DNA from: Podarcis bocagei
Lineage: Eukaryota
Reading direction: 5' to 3' (one strand)
Assembly: GCA_964188305.1 (NCBI GenBank)
Contig: OZ076889.1
Length of the DNA stretch: 64,000 nucleotides
Shown here: piece by piece, positions 12,769 to 25,093 of the stretch
How the letters are laid out: each line of letters begins with the position of its first letter
How positions within the stretch are numbered: position 1 is the first letter of the stretch
Translations under genes and position numbers: made by a program
The notes under the pieces: generated by a model
The model's database searches: none
The model's input: the letters and a program-made list of their open reading frames with translations, nothing else
What the model was told of the DNA's origin: nothing

Positions 12769-12876
12769 TCTTAACTGAGAGAACCGTGGTGGTTTCTGTG
12801 GGGGCTCCTCATATGGTCTGTCTGCCAGAGAGGCTATTATACGCTTACGATGACCAATAAGATTTACCTTAAGTAC
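12769..12876 (-). CDS. ANKS1A: ANKS1A coding exon, SAM2 end ([36 protein letters not shown]); 108 nt
   Basis: tttccctgcag acceptor, AGA|gtgagt donor. Contains GHRKRI of SAM helix 5. Confidence 0.95.
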
Positions 12877-13025
12877 CTGCAGGGAAAGAGAATGTCAGAA
12901 AAGCATGCTACAAAAAAACTTTCTACATTGTGGCTTCTCAGTATCAACACAGCGCTGCAATCTTTCACCTTGTGAATCACCAGAATTTTCATCTTAACTG
13001 GAACTGAATAGGGTTAGCAACTTAC

Positions 13026-13175
13026 ATTTACTAGTTCTAGTTCCCAGAGGTTTTTCACAGAGTCTATAGAGCTATAGCCACTCGACAAAAATGATTGAAT
13101 ATAATCCTGCAGCCCCAGGGAGTCAAGCCATACAGGAACAGAAGGCTGAGTCCCATCACAGCCCAGAGATTTCAC
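13026..13175 (-). CDS. ANKS1A: ANKS1A coding exon, SAM2 first part ([50 protein letters not shown]); 150 nt
   Basis: ccttctgcag acceptor, AAT|gtaagt donor. Manual translation gives the SAM motif [10 protein letters not shown]. Confidence 0.95.
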
Positions 13176-13280
13176 CTGCAGAAGGAGCAAGACAAAAAAG
13201 TGTTATAGATGCGTAAGAATCAGGTGTGAACATAGCGCTACGTTGGATACAAACCACGGTAAAAGTCACTTAGCAGTATA

Positions 13281-13972
13281 CAGTGGTACCTCAGTTTTTG
13301 AACAGCTTAGTTCATGAACAACTTGGAACCCGAATGCTGCAAAACCGGAAGTAGGTGTTCCGGTTTTCAAACTTTTTTTCAGAAGCCAAACGCGCTCTGT
13401 TTTGAGGTGTCCCCCCCCCCGTGTTTCCTGTTGCGCTGCTAATTTGTATCCCCTTGTTCCCTGTTGCGCTGCTAATTTGCCCCCCCCCTGTAATTCAAGC
13501 CTTCCATGTCCAATTGCAGTGTTCTAAGGTGATATTTGGTGCTTTTGTTTTTGCTATTTATTTTGCATTTTTTGTTTTGAGGCTTAAGTTAATTTGTTTT
13601 TGTGACTATGTGGATCCCAGTTCAGCTACTGATTGACTGACTGATTGTGTGACTGTGAAAATGGATAAAAGCCTCCCATCCAAACAATGACTATCATCAG
13701 TGCAGGTAAGAAAAAAATTTAATTTTAATTTTTATCATCTACAATACTGTTTTATTTATTTTATAGTACAGTGCATTGATTATTGCTTTCATTTTATGGA
13801 TCAATGGTCTCATTAGATAGTAAAATTCATGTTAAATTGCTGTTTTAGAGGTTGTTTTTAAAAGTCTGGAGCGGATTAATCCATTTTGCATTACTTTCTA
13901 TGGGAAAGCGCACCTTGGTTTAAAAAAAAATACTTCTGGAACGGATTAAGTCTGAGAACCAAGGTACCACTG
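13281..13972. mobile_element. Tc1/mariner-pogo non-autonomous element, family B
   Basis: TA|cagtggtacctcagtttt ... gaaccaaggtaccactg|TA. Confidence 0.85.
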
Positions 13973-14695
13973 TACTTGTTCAGCTGGAAAATTTTTGTGC
14001 CAGTGGAACATTGTTGCAAGTGGGTTGCTGGTAACTTTGTTGCACAACAAATTTACACCAGTGCAGCTGTTAAATTGGATTCTTCTGTTGCATGACATTA
14101 AAACTTGTCCATCCGCTAGCACAAGAGACCTTGCATTATTAGACAGAGAATATTGGATACGTCCCATTTTCATTTGACTGTGTAACTCCAGTCTGTATCT
14201 GGCTGTAGCAACTGTACAGTGATTAATAACTATGCAGTTCACTGTAGGTAGAAGTATTATCAACCTGAAGTGGAGGTGAGCCACTAGGGCTAACTACAGA
14301 ATGCATGAAATCCCAGGGCGGTGCCTCCCCCCCCCCAAGCTGTTTTGTGAATATGAGTGGGGAAATTAAGCATGGGAGTAATGGGAGGAGCTTCTTCATT
14401 TTTCCCCCCTCACCTGCTGCTTCTCTGTTCTAATGTACTCCCTAAAACTGCTTTTAATCCAAAGCACTCACTCTACAGCTGTACTCTGTAGGGGGAAATA
14501 CATGTATTTGTGTGTAATGTTTAATTATGCCCCACAGTTACTTAAGTGCCTGAGTTGAAGTGAGTTGGCTTGGAAGTGAATTAACTAAAGGTACAGTTGT
14601 CAGCAATAGATCAAAATTTTGAATGTCAGTGGCACAGTAACCATTGCAGAGAGAAGTAGAACAAATCCAAGAGGCACTGGTCTAATCTAGCAAGT

Positions 14696-14795
14696 GACTG
14701 TTGGTGGAACCAGAACAGTTGGTGGAACTAGAAGACTGTTGGTGGAACCAGAACAGTTGGTGGAACTAGAAGACTGTTGGTGGAACCAGAACAGT
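14696..14795. repeat. Minisatellite, 38-bp unit x ~2.6, each unit a dimer of gttggtggaac-containing subunits
   Basis: gactgttggtggaaccagaacagttggtggaactagaa repeated exactly at 14696 and 14734, and partially at 14772. Confidence 0.9.
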
Positions 14796-15791
14796 CTTGC
14801 ATAAGGAGGGACAATGATCAGGAACCTGAAGAGATAAAATTTGTCAAAACTCACTCTTCAAAATGCACTCTTCCACAATGACCAGAGGCTTTCATTGACC
14901 CATTGTGGAAAAGAGAGCAAGCTCAATGCACAACACCAGGCAATTAACTGAATTCAACCAGGGGGAAACATGCAGTGTAACAACATGGATCTATGGTTAA
15001 AACCTGTTGTTATCAGAAATTCAGCTTCTTCTGGAACTTTTAATTGATAGTGCGACCAAAAGCTTTCTGCATGGCAAAGCATAATATAGAACCTCATAGT
15101 AAGCTTTCTGCTATGGAATTTGCTTCTTAAAAAGCAGACACTATTGAACAAACAAACAAACCACTTTACTTGGCTCTGTAAGAAGCAGGCTGTTTTGGAA
15201 TGTAAAATTAAAATGTCTATTCTAGGAGGAGCCACTTCACTCACTTTAAAACCTTCCTGTTCCATTGTTTTAAAAAAGACTATGTGAAATTGTAATATAT
15301 AGAAACACCCTATATTTCCAATAATAGAACCAGACAAGGACATTTAAATATAGAAATATTTCGATTGGCATTCTGGGAGAATGGAGACCCTCCATTGTCT
15401 ACACAAACAGAGGAAAAACCTGTTGTGAAATCAGTAAGTCTTTAACCTCTCACAAGTCAAATCACTACTTTAATCTTAGTTTTATCACGATTAAACTGAG
15501 ATTTGTTCACAATGTTTGCACCTGCTTTGGTGATATCTTCTCATTAACTCAGTTTACTTAGAAGCTGCCAAAAACATGTATCTTTCGACACAATTCTGAC
15601 TCCACTATTTGGATTCATGCTTAATAGGAAAGCAATACTAAGCCCTCTCCTTACAATGTCTATTAATATGACAGAATGCAATTATTTGCTTCTCCTCCTG
15701 TAAAATTATTTGTTCACTCATAATTATGGAATTCAAGGTAGTCCAGTACTAAAAATGATGTTTTCATGTGAAAACACAAATTCATTCTAAC

Positions 15792-15890
15792 CTTAGGAAG
15801 AGACCGTGCTGCCTGAAGAAGTTTTCTGCGATGCTGTGGGTCACTAATACCAATCTCTCGAAGGTCCTGATCTTCCATGACATTACTGCC
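15792..15890 (-). CDS. ANKS1A: ANKS1A coding exon, SAM1 second half ([33 protein letters not shown]); 99 nt
   Basis: ttcctacag acceptor, AAG|gttaga donor. Lies within ORF 15714..15938. Confidence 0.96.
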
Positions 15891-16109
15891 CTGTAGGAAG
15901 ACAAGAGGCAGACGTGAAATAAGGCTCAGCAACAGCACAAAAATGAAGCTCAGCAGCTTTGCATTTCAATAAAAACTGTGTTTCATAATTTTTGTTTTTA
16001 CCAGGTCTTTGATTGTATAATAAAAATTGTCTTTGTTGTTTCACAACTCTGCATCATGCAAAAACTCCATGTAAATACAGAATTTGGGCACAGACTTCAA
16101 CACTCTGGG

Positions 16110-16190
16110 AATCATAGAATCATAGAGTTGGAATAGACCACAAGGGTCATCGAGTCCAACGCCCTGCCAAGCAGGAAACACCATCAGAGC
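16110..16190 (-). mobile_element. Short CR1 3' terminus
   Basis: atcatagaatcatagagttggaa...ggtcatcgagtccaac. A similar piece lies at ~51355-51500. Confidence 0.7.
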
Positions 16191-16699
16191 TTTGATTTTA
16201 AAAACAATGTTTCTAGTTCTTAAAGCAGTGAGGATAGCTTTGCAGATGTAGCGGAGAAACCCCAATGGAACCTCAATGGAACCTCAGCAGCCAAGGTGGA
16301 AGGAGCCTACTTTCTAGCATGAGGAACAGGATTTAAGGTATGCATGTTTTCCTTATGTAACAGCAGAATTAAGGAAGCGAATAAATTCGCACAACAGATC
16401 ATAATACAGCTTTTCTTGGCATTACCTTTGTACAGAATCAATATTTGATCACAGCTTCAGTCTTGGCCCAGGTATGAAAATTGAGAGCATCACAAGAGCC
16501 CTTAGAATAAAAAATCAGGGGTCCTCGCTAGCTGCTGCTTGGTTATCATAACACAGTGTAACAAAAGATAGCATCACCAGGGCAAACATTACACAGTTAG
16601 AAATCTAAACAACCATGAAAATAACAGGAGTAATCTGGTTATCGTCACAGCAGGACCTGAGCGCAATCAGTACTCTCATCTGTGATTTCCTAAAACTAG

Positions 16700-17093
16700 T
16701 ATTCTAAGGGATACTGCCTACAGCAGTTGAGGCGGAACACAGCTGTCTTGACTATTCTCCATGAAATTCTCTAATCCTTCAAAACCATCCAAGTTGGCGA
16801 CCTTCACTACATCTTGTGGGAGCGACTATCGAGTTTATCCATGTGGTGTGTAAAGTAGTATTTTCTTCCAACATTCAGCTTCACTAAATGGACCATAAGT
16901 TCTAGTAATATAAGAGAGGAAGGAAAAACTTTTTCCTATCCACTTTTCTCCACATCATGCATAATTTTATATAGCTCCATAATTTCCCCTGCTTGCCTTT
17001 TCTCCAAGTTAAAAAGCAACCTTGCCTCAGGAGAGCTGCTCCAAACCCTTGATCATTTTGACTGCCCTTTTCTGAAACTTTTCAAGCTTTATA
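16700..17093 (-). mobile_element. Old CR1 fragment
   Basis: Motifs ccatccaagttgg...catcttgtgg...cccttgatcatttt...gcccttttctg resemble reverse-strand CR1 ORF2 ends. Confidence 0.5.
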
Positions 17094-19529
17094 GGAGAAG
17101 GGGGAAATCTGAAGTCATGGACACTTATAAGCATCGAGTTCTTATTTGTTCCCACTCTCAATGACCCTGGCCCCCAAGGTCTAAGGCAAAGACCAATGGA
17201 TCCTCCAGCAATGGCTCCCTTGCTACCTTCTGCTGCTCTGCAATCTCACTGCATCCCTGCTTCTTTTCTCTCTGTAGGCTTCCCCCCTTTCACCTCCTTG
17301 CCTCTGCATCAAAGGAGCCTTTTTGTTAAGTGCACTGCATACTTCCCAGCTGCTTGGTTCAGGCTATCCAAAGCCTACTTTCACTGCTGGCCCCACTGCA
17401 TCTCATTCCGTCCAATAAATTTCAGTAGATTGATTTACATGACCTTCCCATTGCATACATGCTCGCTTTCATCAGTCATCCCTTTGATCATAGTTTAACA
17501 ATCCAGTATACCTGGACGCAGCTTCAGCTGCCTGCCCTTTCCTCATAGTCAGCTTTGCTAGTGCACTGCACTAGCATGCATGGAAAGCTCGTCTTTGCCT
17601 GAATTCCCTTGAGGGCCAGAGAGAGAAAATTGAATTTATTTTAGAGCATGCCAACAATCCAGGGAAGGTCAGTTTCACTGTAATCTATCATGCGTCTCCA
17701 TGGAGATGGAAGCAACCCAGCCCTCTCTAGAGGAGTGACTTTCATCATTACACTCTTTACAAAGCTCATTATCTCCACATGTGAAGTGTGGAAGAATGAA
17801 TGAATGAGTACATAGTGCTTAGCAAAGGCAATATTCAACAGCCATTTTACTATACATCTTGTTTTTCTTACTGCTCAGATCCAGCCCAGAACACCCCTTT
17901 TATTACTGAAGCGATTATAAAACCAAAGCTACCTTGTAGCTCATTTTTTGCAAATAAGATTAGCTAACCCAGACTACTGTCCAATTGTGCTAGATAGTGC
18001 TTATATATACATTCAAAACTAGACACAGTTTCCCACACTATTATATGTGATTTTTTTCTCTATTGTGCTTGTCGTAACTAAAACGTGAGAATGAACAGAG
18101 TGCTGAAAAGGTGAGCTAAAGTACATATAAATAGCTAAAAGCATAGAGAAAGGAACAAGTTTCTTTTTATCTTCACAAAAAGGTGAGCATCCTGTATAAT
18201 TCTTCCACATACATTTTTTTTAAAAGGTAACATTCAACATGAACTCCCTTTTTGTAAAAGACAATTCCTAGGGTACTACAGTAATTTTTACACATACAGT
18301 GAAAGAAGATCTAGATAAAAGCACTAGGATGCCTTATTGCTATATTAAGCACAGGCATACAACCATTCCTTTTACACGAAGACCGCCACTATCATATGAT
18401 GGCATAGCAATTTGAAATTCCCATCAGCTATCAACACATGTAAACAACAACCACTGAGGGGCAAAAATAGTTATTAACTGGTGATCATTAATTCCTAATT
18501 ATATCCCTCTTCAGTTCTATCAATAAAGGGGAGACTATTAGAAAAACCAACCCTTGTAAAGGCTGCTTACTATAAACAGAAAAAAGAGAGAGAGAGAGAG
18601 ATCCATTTGAGAGTGAATTTGCCATCTGCTGAATCTGCAAGGCCAGACCATTTTCTTCACACATGAAATGACAGCAGTAATTGCACATTGATGTAGGCCA
18701 TCATGCACTTTGTATGACAGCAGAGTAAACACAGCACAAGACTCTTCTTTTGCTTGCCTTGTTTGCTGTGGATATTGTTTAATGGAGAATTTTTACATGG
18801 CCGTATCCAGAATATTTCTGCAATGCCTTTTCTGTATTTTCATTGAGCTGCATTAGCCACTGAATCGGCAATGATGTCACATATTCTGGTAAAAGGGCAA
18901 CTGGTATTTTGTCTAAATTGTACTAATTTCCATGGTAAGCTCTTTTGCCGTAAAACAATCCTATGGAATAAAGGACATTTTGTAATCTTAATACAATAAC
19001 TTAATTTGCAATGAAAAGCTCAATGTTTGCTCCATTTTGAGTTGGTAAATATTAACATGATGAACAGCAGCTACAGCGGTTTTCTAAAACACAAAAGCTG
19101 CCTGCATGTTTTGATCTGAAGTACCACCAATTATACCCATACAACACTCACTTAGTACATCTCACAGGCAAATAAATCCTTCTGAACTTAATGAAATGTC
19201 CATTTCAATGGGCGCACATAGTGCCCTTTTCAGTGACTTGTTCATGTTTACACAGGCTGTATACATACTTCAGCCATCCAAGTGCTGCAGTTTGTGGTTT
19301 TCTAAAAGCACTTTTGTAGACATTGCTTTGCAGTTGTTCATGGAGGAAGTCTGGTGGCATAGGCTGCACAGGTTCATCATATTGCTTAGTGTATCACACA
19401 GACAACACCATGACTAATTTCTCTCTCTCATTTTTTGCAAGGTGTTGTATATTTATGCTCCCTCCCCTTTCAATGGCCACCACACTCCTTAACAAAAACC
19501 TTGCCCGTTATAAATGTTTGATGCTTTAT

Positions 19530-19650
19530 TTATTATTATTAATGCTAAACATTATTGTTTGACATTTTATTATGTTTTTATGTGTGTTGGAAGCTGCCCA
19601 GAGTGGCTGGGGCAACCCAGCCAGATGGGCGGGTATAAATACTAAAATTT
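19530..19650 (+). mobile_element. 3' tail of a lizard L2-type LINE or SINE
   Basis: gaagctgcccagagtggctggggcaacccagccagatgggcgggtataaat, recalled as a recurrent lacertid retroelement terminus. Confidence 0.55.
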
Positions 19651-20852
19651 GTTGTATCAGAAGTCTGGTAGCACAGGTTGCGCAAGCAGAGTAAGTTTTA
19701 TTGCACTCAGTGCATGCCCATGGGCTTCCTTCCCTTGTACAATGCAGGTGACTTCTTGACTACTTCTCTCAGGGAGAGGATGTGAGGCAGTCTGGGTTGT
19801 ATCCAGCTCTGAGTGTGGCTAGCGTTGGATACAACCCTCTGTTTATGTCCAGGGATGTTTACCCCCTTGTACCATGCAGGCAACCTCTACATATCTCTTT
19901 TCTTTTGGCAAAGCACTCTTGACCATGCTCAGAGGCTGCCTGTTCTGGTGCCATGCACACAGCTTATAATTACTAATTATAATGTATGTTTTATTGCAAG
20001 GCACTCAAGACAAGGTCTGCTCAGTTAAAGAAAGAAAGAACGAACCCAGGCCTCCAATATATATGCTCCCCGTTACAACAATTAATTTCATTTGAGTCAT
20101 TGTGGTTTTTTAAAGGGCAAAGTATAGTGATATTTTGTTAAAGGGCAACCCAAAAAATGGACACATCTTGAATTTGTTGAACTGCCAACATAAGCAGTCA
20201 GAAAATATATATCTTGGTGAAAAAAGTTTATAGGGATTGCAACATTATGTTGATCCAACCTTTGAGATTTTGATAAACTGGAAGGATTACTTTAAAAATA
20301 ATAAATGCTATGGTGGAAGCCAGTACCTTCCCAACTGTGCTTGAGTACATAAGAGAAAGAGTTGATGGCAGCTGTCTCCACCCATCCTTTTAAAGAGTAA
20401 AGCAGCAGTGAAACTTCTGTGACTCTCTAAAGACTGAAATATCAACATACTGATACACATGAGAAAAAATATTTTCAAAGCCCTATTTGATTGTCTTTGA
20501 GGTGGTATGAAACACCAGATGACTCAGATACCAATCAGGTCAGTCTCCACATAGGTGTCATAAGACCCCAAATGGAGGTCCACAAAGAAAGTGCTTCCAG
20601 TTTCCACACAAGACAAGGGGTGCATCAGAATGTGCTCTACTGAAAGGTGCTTTCAAAATACCGAAAAAAACTATACCAACTATATAGGGATGACAATGTT
20701 GTACGCTAAGCAAAAACTGCTTATGTGGAAGACAGTGCAGTGCAGTCAATCCATACAGTCTCATGCTTATTCCACACGTATGTGCCACTACCAGGCTTGG
20801 TGAGTGCACATATATAGGTAGGTTACAGAGCAGAAGGCTAAGACATTTAGGT

Positions 20853-21038
20853 CAGGGGTAGTCAACCTTTTTATACCTACTGCCCACTAATCCATCTTTC
20901 TTGATGGTAAAATTTTCTTACTGCCCACCAGTGCTCAATGGAAGGAGGATTCAGCTTGTGCCATAGAACCCCCTACCGCCCACCTAGAATCCTGAAACAC
21001 CCACTAGTGAGTGATAGGGACCAGGTTGACAACCCCTG
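20853..21038. mobile_element. hAT MITE
   Basis: TIRs caggggtagtcaacct / aggttgacaacccctg. Perfect 8-bp TSD atttaggt (20845-20852, 21039-21046). Confidence 0.9.
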
Positions 21039-21378
21039 ATTTAGGTTATCATTTTTCAAAATACTGCTTTAAATGAGACTTTGTAATGTAGGTCTTGTTA
21101 CATTAAAACTACTGTTTTGGCCTACGGTTTCCCTTATACTGTACAATGTTAACTTTTGCTCTTGTAATCAGTACTGCAGACATTGCTGCTTCTCATCTTG
21201 GATCTCTGTGCATGACTTCTCCACATTAAAGCAAAATGAAGCACACCTCTGCACCACCAGCTTGCAGCAGCAATGGGAATTACCCTTTGGCACCAGGGGA
21301 AAACAGGTGGATATTCTGAAAGAAGTGCATTGCTGTCTGCATGGATAAGGCAGATACTTCAGAGGCTTTACTCTACAG

Positions 21379-21505
21379 CAGGGGTGGGGAACATGTGACC
21401 CTCCTGGTGTACTATGACTCCAGTACCCATCATCTCTTACCATTAGCCAAGCCGGTTGGGACTAAGGACAACAACATCTGGAGGGCACCAGGTTCCCCAA
21501 TCCTG
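21379..21505. mobile_element. Older palindromic hAT MITE related to 48890..49025
   Basis: caggggtggggaac ... gttccccaatcctg. Degenerate TSD ctctacag/gtgtacag. A further decayed relative lies at ~9975-10100. Confidence 0.65.
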
Positions 21506-21731
21506 GTGTACAGCAAACCTCTCAAACCTTAACATAAAATGTGTGACACCCATTGAGATTATCAATGCCAAGAATCAAGGTCTAAGCATTATGATCTGCC
21601 CAGACTAGTTTTACTTAAGACCTCAGAAAGTGACCTCTTTTAGCAGTAGCAGCTTTGAGAGCTCCACTTGAATAGGCACTTGCTCTGGGATCAGCAGTGT
21701 CTCTGTTCCATACATTAGCACTTCACTAGTA

Positions 21732-21957
21732 CAGTGGTACCTTGGGTTACAGACGCTTCAGGTTACAGACTCCGCTAACCCAGAAATAGTACCTCGGGTT
21801 AAGAACTTTGCTTCAGGATGAGAACAGAAATTGTGCAGCGGTGGCACAGCTGCAGCGGGAGGCCCCATTAGCTAAAGTGGTCCTTCAGGTTAAGAACAGT
21901 TTCAGGTTAAGAACAGACCTCCAGAACGAATTAAGTTCTTAACCCGAGGTACCACTA
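21732..21957. mobile_element. Tc1/mariner-pogo MITE, family C
   Basis: TA|cagtggtaccttgggtta ... taacccgaggtaccact(a). Right end slightly decayed. Confidence 0.88.
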
Positions 21958-23280
21958 TTTTAGGAGCAGAGGCTGCAGTGCAGAAAGGACTCAGGTTCAG
22001 GGCACAGTAGGAGAGAATAATAATTTTCACAATCAAAAATTTGATGGGAGGATTTTTCAGGGCTACTTCTCTCATCATAGATCCAAGAACCATCGAGCAG
22101 TATTTAAATATGCACATCATATGGAGATTCCTCGTTCCCTGAACCATCCCCATATTCATGTATCCTGTGAATCCCCATTCTAAAAGTACTTAACATGCAT
22201 AGCATAATATTCAGGAAATCATTACAGGCTTATACCTTTGGCCCTGCTGAATTGTGTCCCGTCCCCCCCTCCCCCCGAGAAATGTCCGTCTTCCTTTGCT
22301 GAAAAAGGCCCCCCGCTTCCAACCTAAGCACAGAGCTGGCACTTCCCTAAGGCTGCCTATGAGAATTCCACTCTGCTTTTTAGAGCCCAACATGGCTCTG
22401 CGGGACTAAATGGCAAAGACTATTTTAGCTTCTCTGATAAGCAGGCAGAACTGAACACACAGGTAGAAAATCCATAGGGGAGGCAAGAGGCATTTTTACT
22501 TAATTGGTTCTGAGAGGAGATGCACATTTAAAAGCAGAGGGAAGTGTTCACTAGGTGGTCCTTCCTTACAAGCTTTTGATAACAAGATGGATTGGAGACA
22601 GACAAAACCTAGCAGGAAATCTCTTAATGCAATCATGTGAACCAAAGTAGTACAAAGTGTTATGGGCTGTTCTATCTGGGTGTCTGTTGTTTTAAAAAAA
22701 CCTTTGAAGAGACATTACTATTACTCAATCTAAGGGAGTTTTGACACTCCTACTTGACAATGTTATAATGCAATCATGACCTATCATTCACCTATTATTC
22801 ATTCATGAATAATTTAAGAGATCTATTCCTTGCTATCAGTACCCCAAAGCTCAGCTCCCCAAAAGCAGCTAGACTTGGTGAAAACATCTCAAGTCTGTCT
22901 TTGTTGATGGTTTGGTTTTCATCTAGATGAACTGCTCTTTGATTTGGTATGCTTTGGTTCCTTTTCTTTGGTACATCTACTCATTCCTGCTGCTACTTCT
23001 GTTATTTTGCATACCAGGCGTCATTCTGTACAATTTTGGTTATTGTTTTTATTATCATTTCCCTATGATATGTTTGCTCTTTTTCTTTTGACTACCTTCT
23101 GCTTTTATTTGTATTGCTATGTACAGATAAAAATGTTTGCTTGTCTTTGGAATGCTGAGAAGGGATAATGGTCACTAACTAGAACCTCAGTCACAAATTA
23201 CACTGTCCATTTTTGATCTCCAAACTGTTTTCCCCTCCAAGTCTCATTCTCCACAATCTTCAGAAGGATTCACCTACAGT

Positions 23281-23484
23281 CAGTGGCAGAGCTTCATGCT
23301 CTGGCACCGGGGGCATGGCTGGTGCATGTCCCGGGGGTGTGGTGCACTGCCTGTGGGGCATGGCATGCTGCCTGCTGGGGTGTGGCGCCCAGCGCGGGGG
23401 GGGGGGGAGCCACGATGGCACCCCACCGGGATCGTGGTCTGGGGGCGGTGCACTCCCCCTGCCCCACCTCTTTCTCTGCCAGTG
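23281..23484. mobile_element. GC-rich hAT-type MITE
   Basis: cagtggcagag ... ctctgccagtg. TSD cctacagt/ccaacagt. Confidence 0.75.
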
Positions 23485-24849
23485 CCAACAGTTTGTTGAA
23501 TGAAATGTCCTCTCAATCAATGTAGAGAACAGGGTAATTTTTGAGATGGTACTTGATGTAGAATGACTCCTAAAGAAAGTCTCGCCAAAAATGACAACAG
23601 CACCAGAAAGTCCTTTTCCACCAAGGCAAAGACAGGAGACTACTTCAGAACTCAGTGTGCATGTTGAAGGGATGACAACAGTATCTGGTAAGCTCTAAAG
23701 GCCCAGTCTCAGATATAGTCTTAGTTAAAATGAGGGACAATTATTTTGTGATTTTTCTTAAAAGACTCACAACTGCTATAGGAATGCTGTCTGTCTGTCT
23801 GTCTAATCTAATCTAATCTAGTTGCTTTATCTTGCCCAAGGCAGGCCAAAGGCTTGGTTATAGAGGAATACTTTTGTTTGGTGCCTAAAGATATATTATG
23901 ATGGCATCAGGCAACTCCCCCCTGTCCTAAGACAGGACAAATAGTATGCCCCTCCCCTTCTAAAGAAATGAGTGGCCATTATTATGCCTACATACTATGC
24001 AAGGTCATTTGCTTACAACAGTTATCACACAGTGCATAAAATTAGAGATTTAGCCAAAATGTTAGTGCTGTTAAGGAACTTTTTTTAAAAAAACCTTTAT
24101 ACTAAATATGCAGTTTTCTTGCTTCAAAGCAGCCTTATATTTATGCATTCATCTGGTAACAATAGGTGAGAAGGAATGAATGCAGGTGAGTGAGTGGGCT
24201 GCTGTATGACAGGCAGAGTGCTTCATTCCTCTTCTGCATCCAGTAGAAATCAAAATTCACTCTTCCACAGGCTAAAGGAGGGGTGCAACTCTCTGCATCC
24301 TATAGCAAACTAGTAAAGTTTATGATAGGTTAATGTTTGTGAACTTATTTGCAAGGCTGCTTTAAAGTTCTGCCCTAGTTTCATTTCAGCAATACAAGAA
24401 TATTTCAAACCACATTCATGGACATAGAATTTACAGACTTTGTCCTCTTTTGGATGCAATGCCAAACTGTGATTTAGCATTATGTGAACAACTCTGGGTG
24501 GGCCATGGGTTAACACACTCCCCTTTCCCAGCATTCCCCCTCCCCCACACTCCCCCTTCCCCTTCTCAAACTGAAGATCAGAAACTTTCACTTCCATTTT
24601 CACTAATCCAAACTCTAAACTGTGGTTTATATTACCTATGTGTTGTTAAAACACGCCATCTTAAAAAAACACAGGTTTGAAGTTGGATTGTTGCAGAACA
24701 CAATCGTTGATGGGACATAACCACCAGTTATGCACTTAGTTAGATTTGGAAGCAAAAGCTTCTAATCAGCTCCTAGCACCTAGACGGTAGCAGGAAATAG
24801 ATGGGCATGATCCTGAGGCTGGCTCAAGATTGTTCATGTTTATCATTAT

Positions 24850-25093
24850 TAGGGTTGCCATATGTCTGGAATTTTCCCTACATATTCGGAATACTGCGGT
24901 TGGAAGCAGTGACTGGGTGGAAATTGCAAAAATTCCCAGGAAAATCCCGACATATGGCAACCCATGTCAGCAGTGTCGTTTGGGGCCATTTTCCTTAAAA
25001 ACGGCTCCAAAACTTTGGGTTGTTGTGAATTTGTCAGAAAACCTCAACAACTTTTCTGTCTGGATTTTCACTGTTTGAAATATGGCAACCCTG
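24850..25093. mobile_element. hAT (Blackjack-like, TAGGGTTGCCA TIR) MITE
   Basis: tagggttgccatat ... atatggcaaccct. Homologous copy at 54795..55015. Confidence 0.8.

Noticed and set aside
14696-14795. CRISPR-like regular repeat
   Set aside because: No unique spacers and no cas genes, in a vertebrate intron. It is a minisatellite.
23213-23525. Six overlapping ORFs
   Set aside because: Artefact of the GC-rich hAT MITE at 23281..23484.
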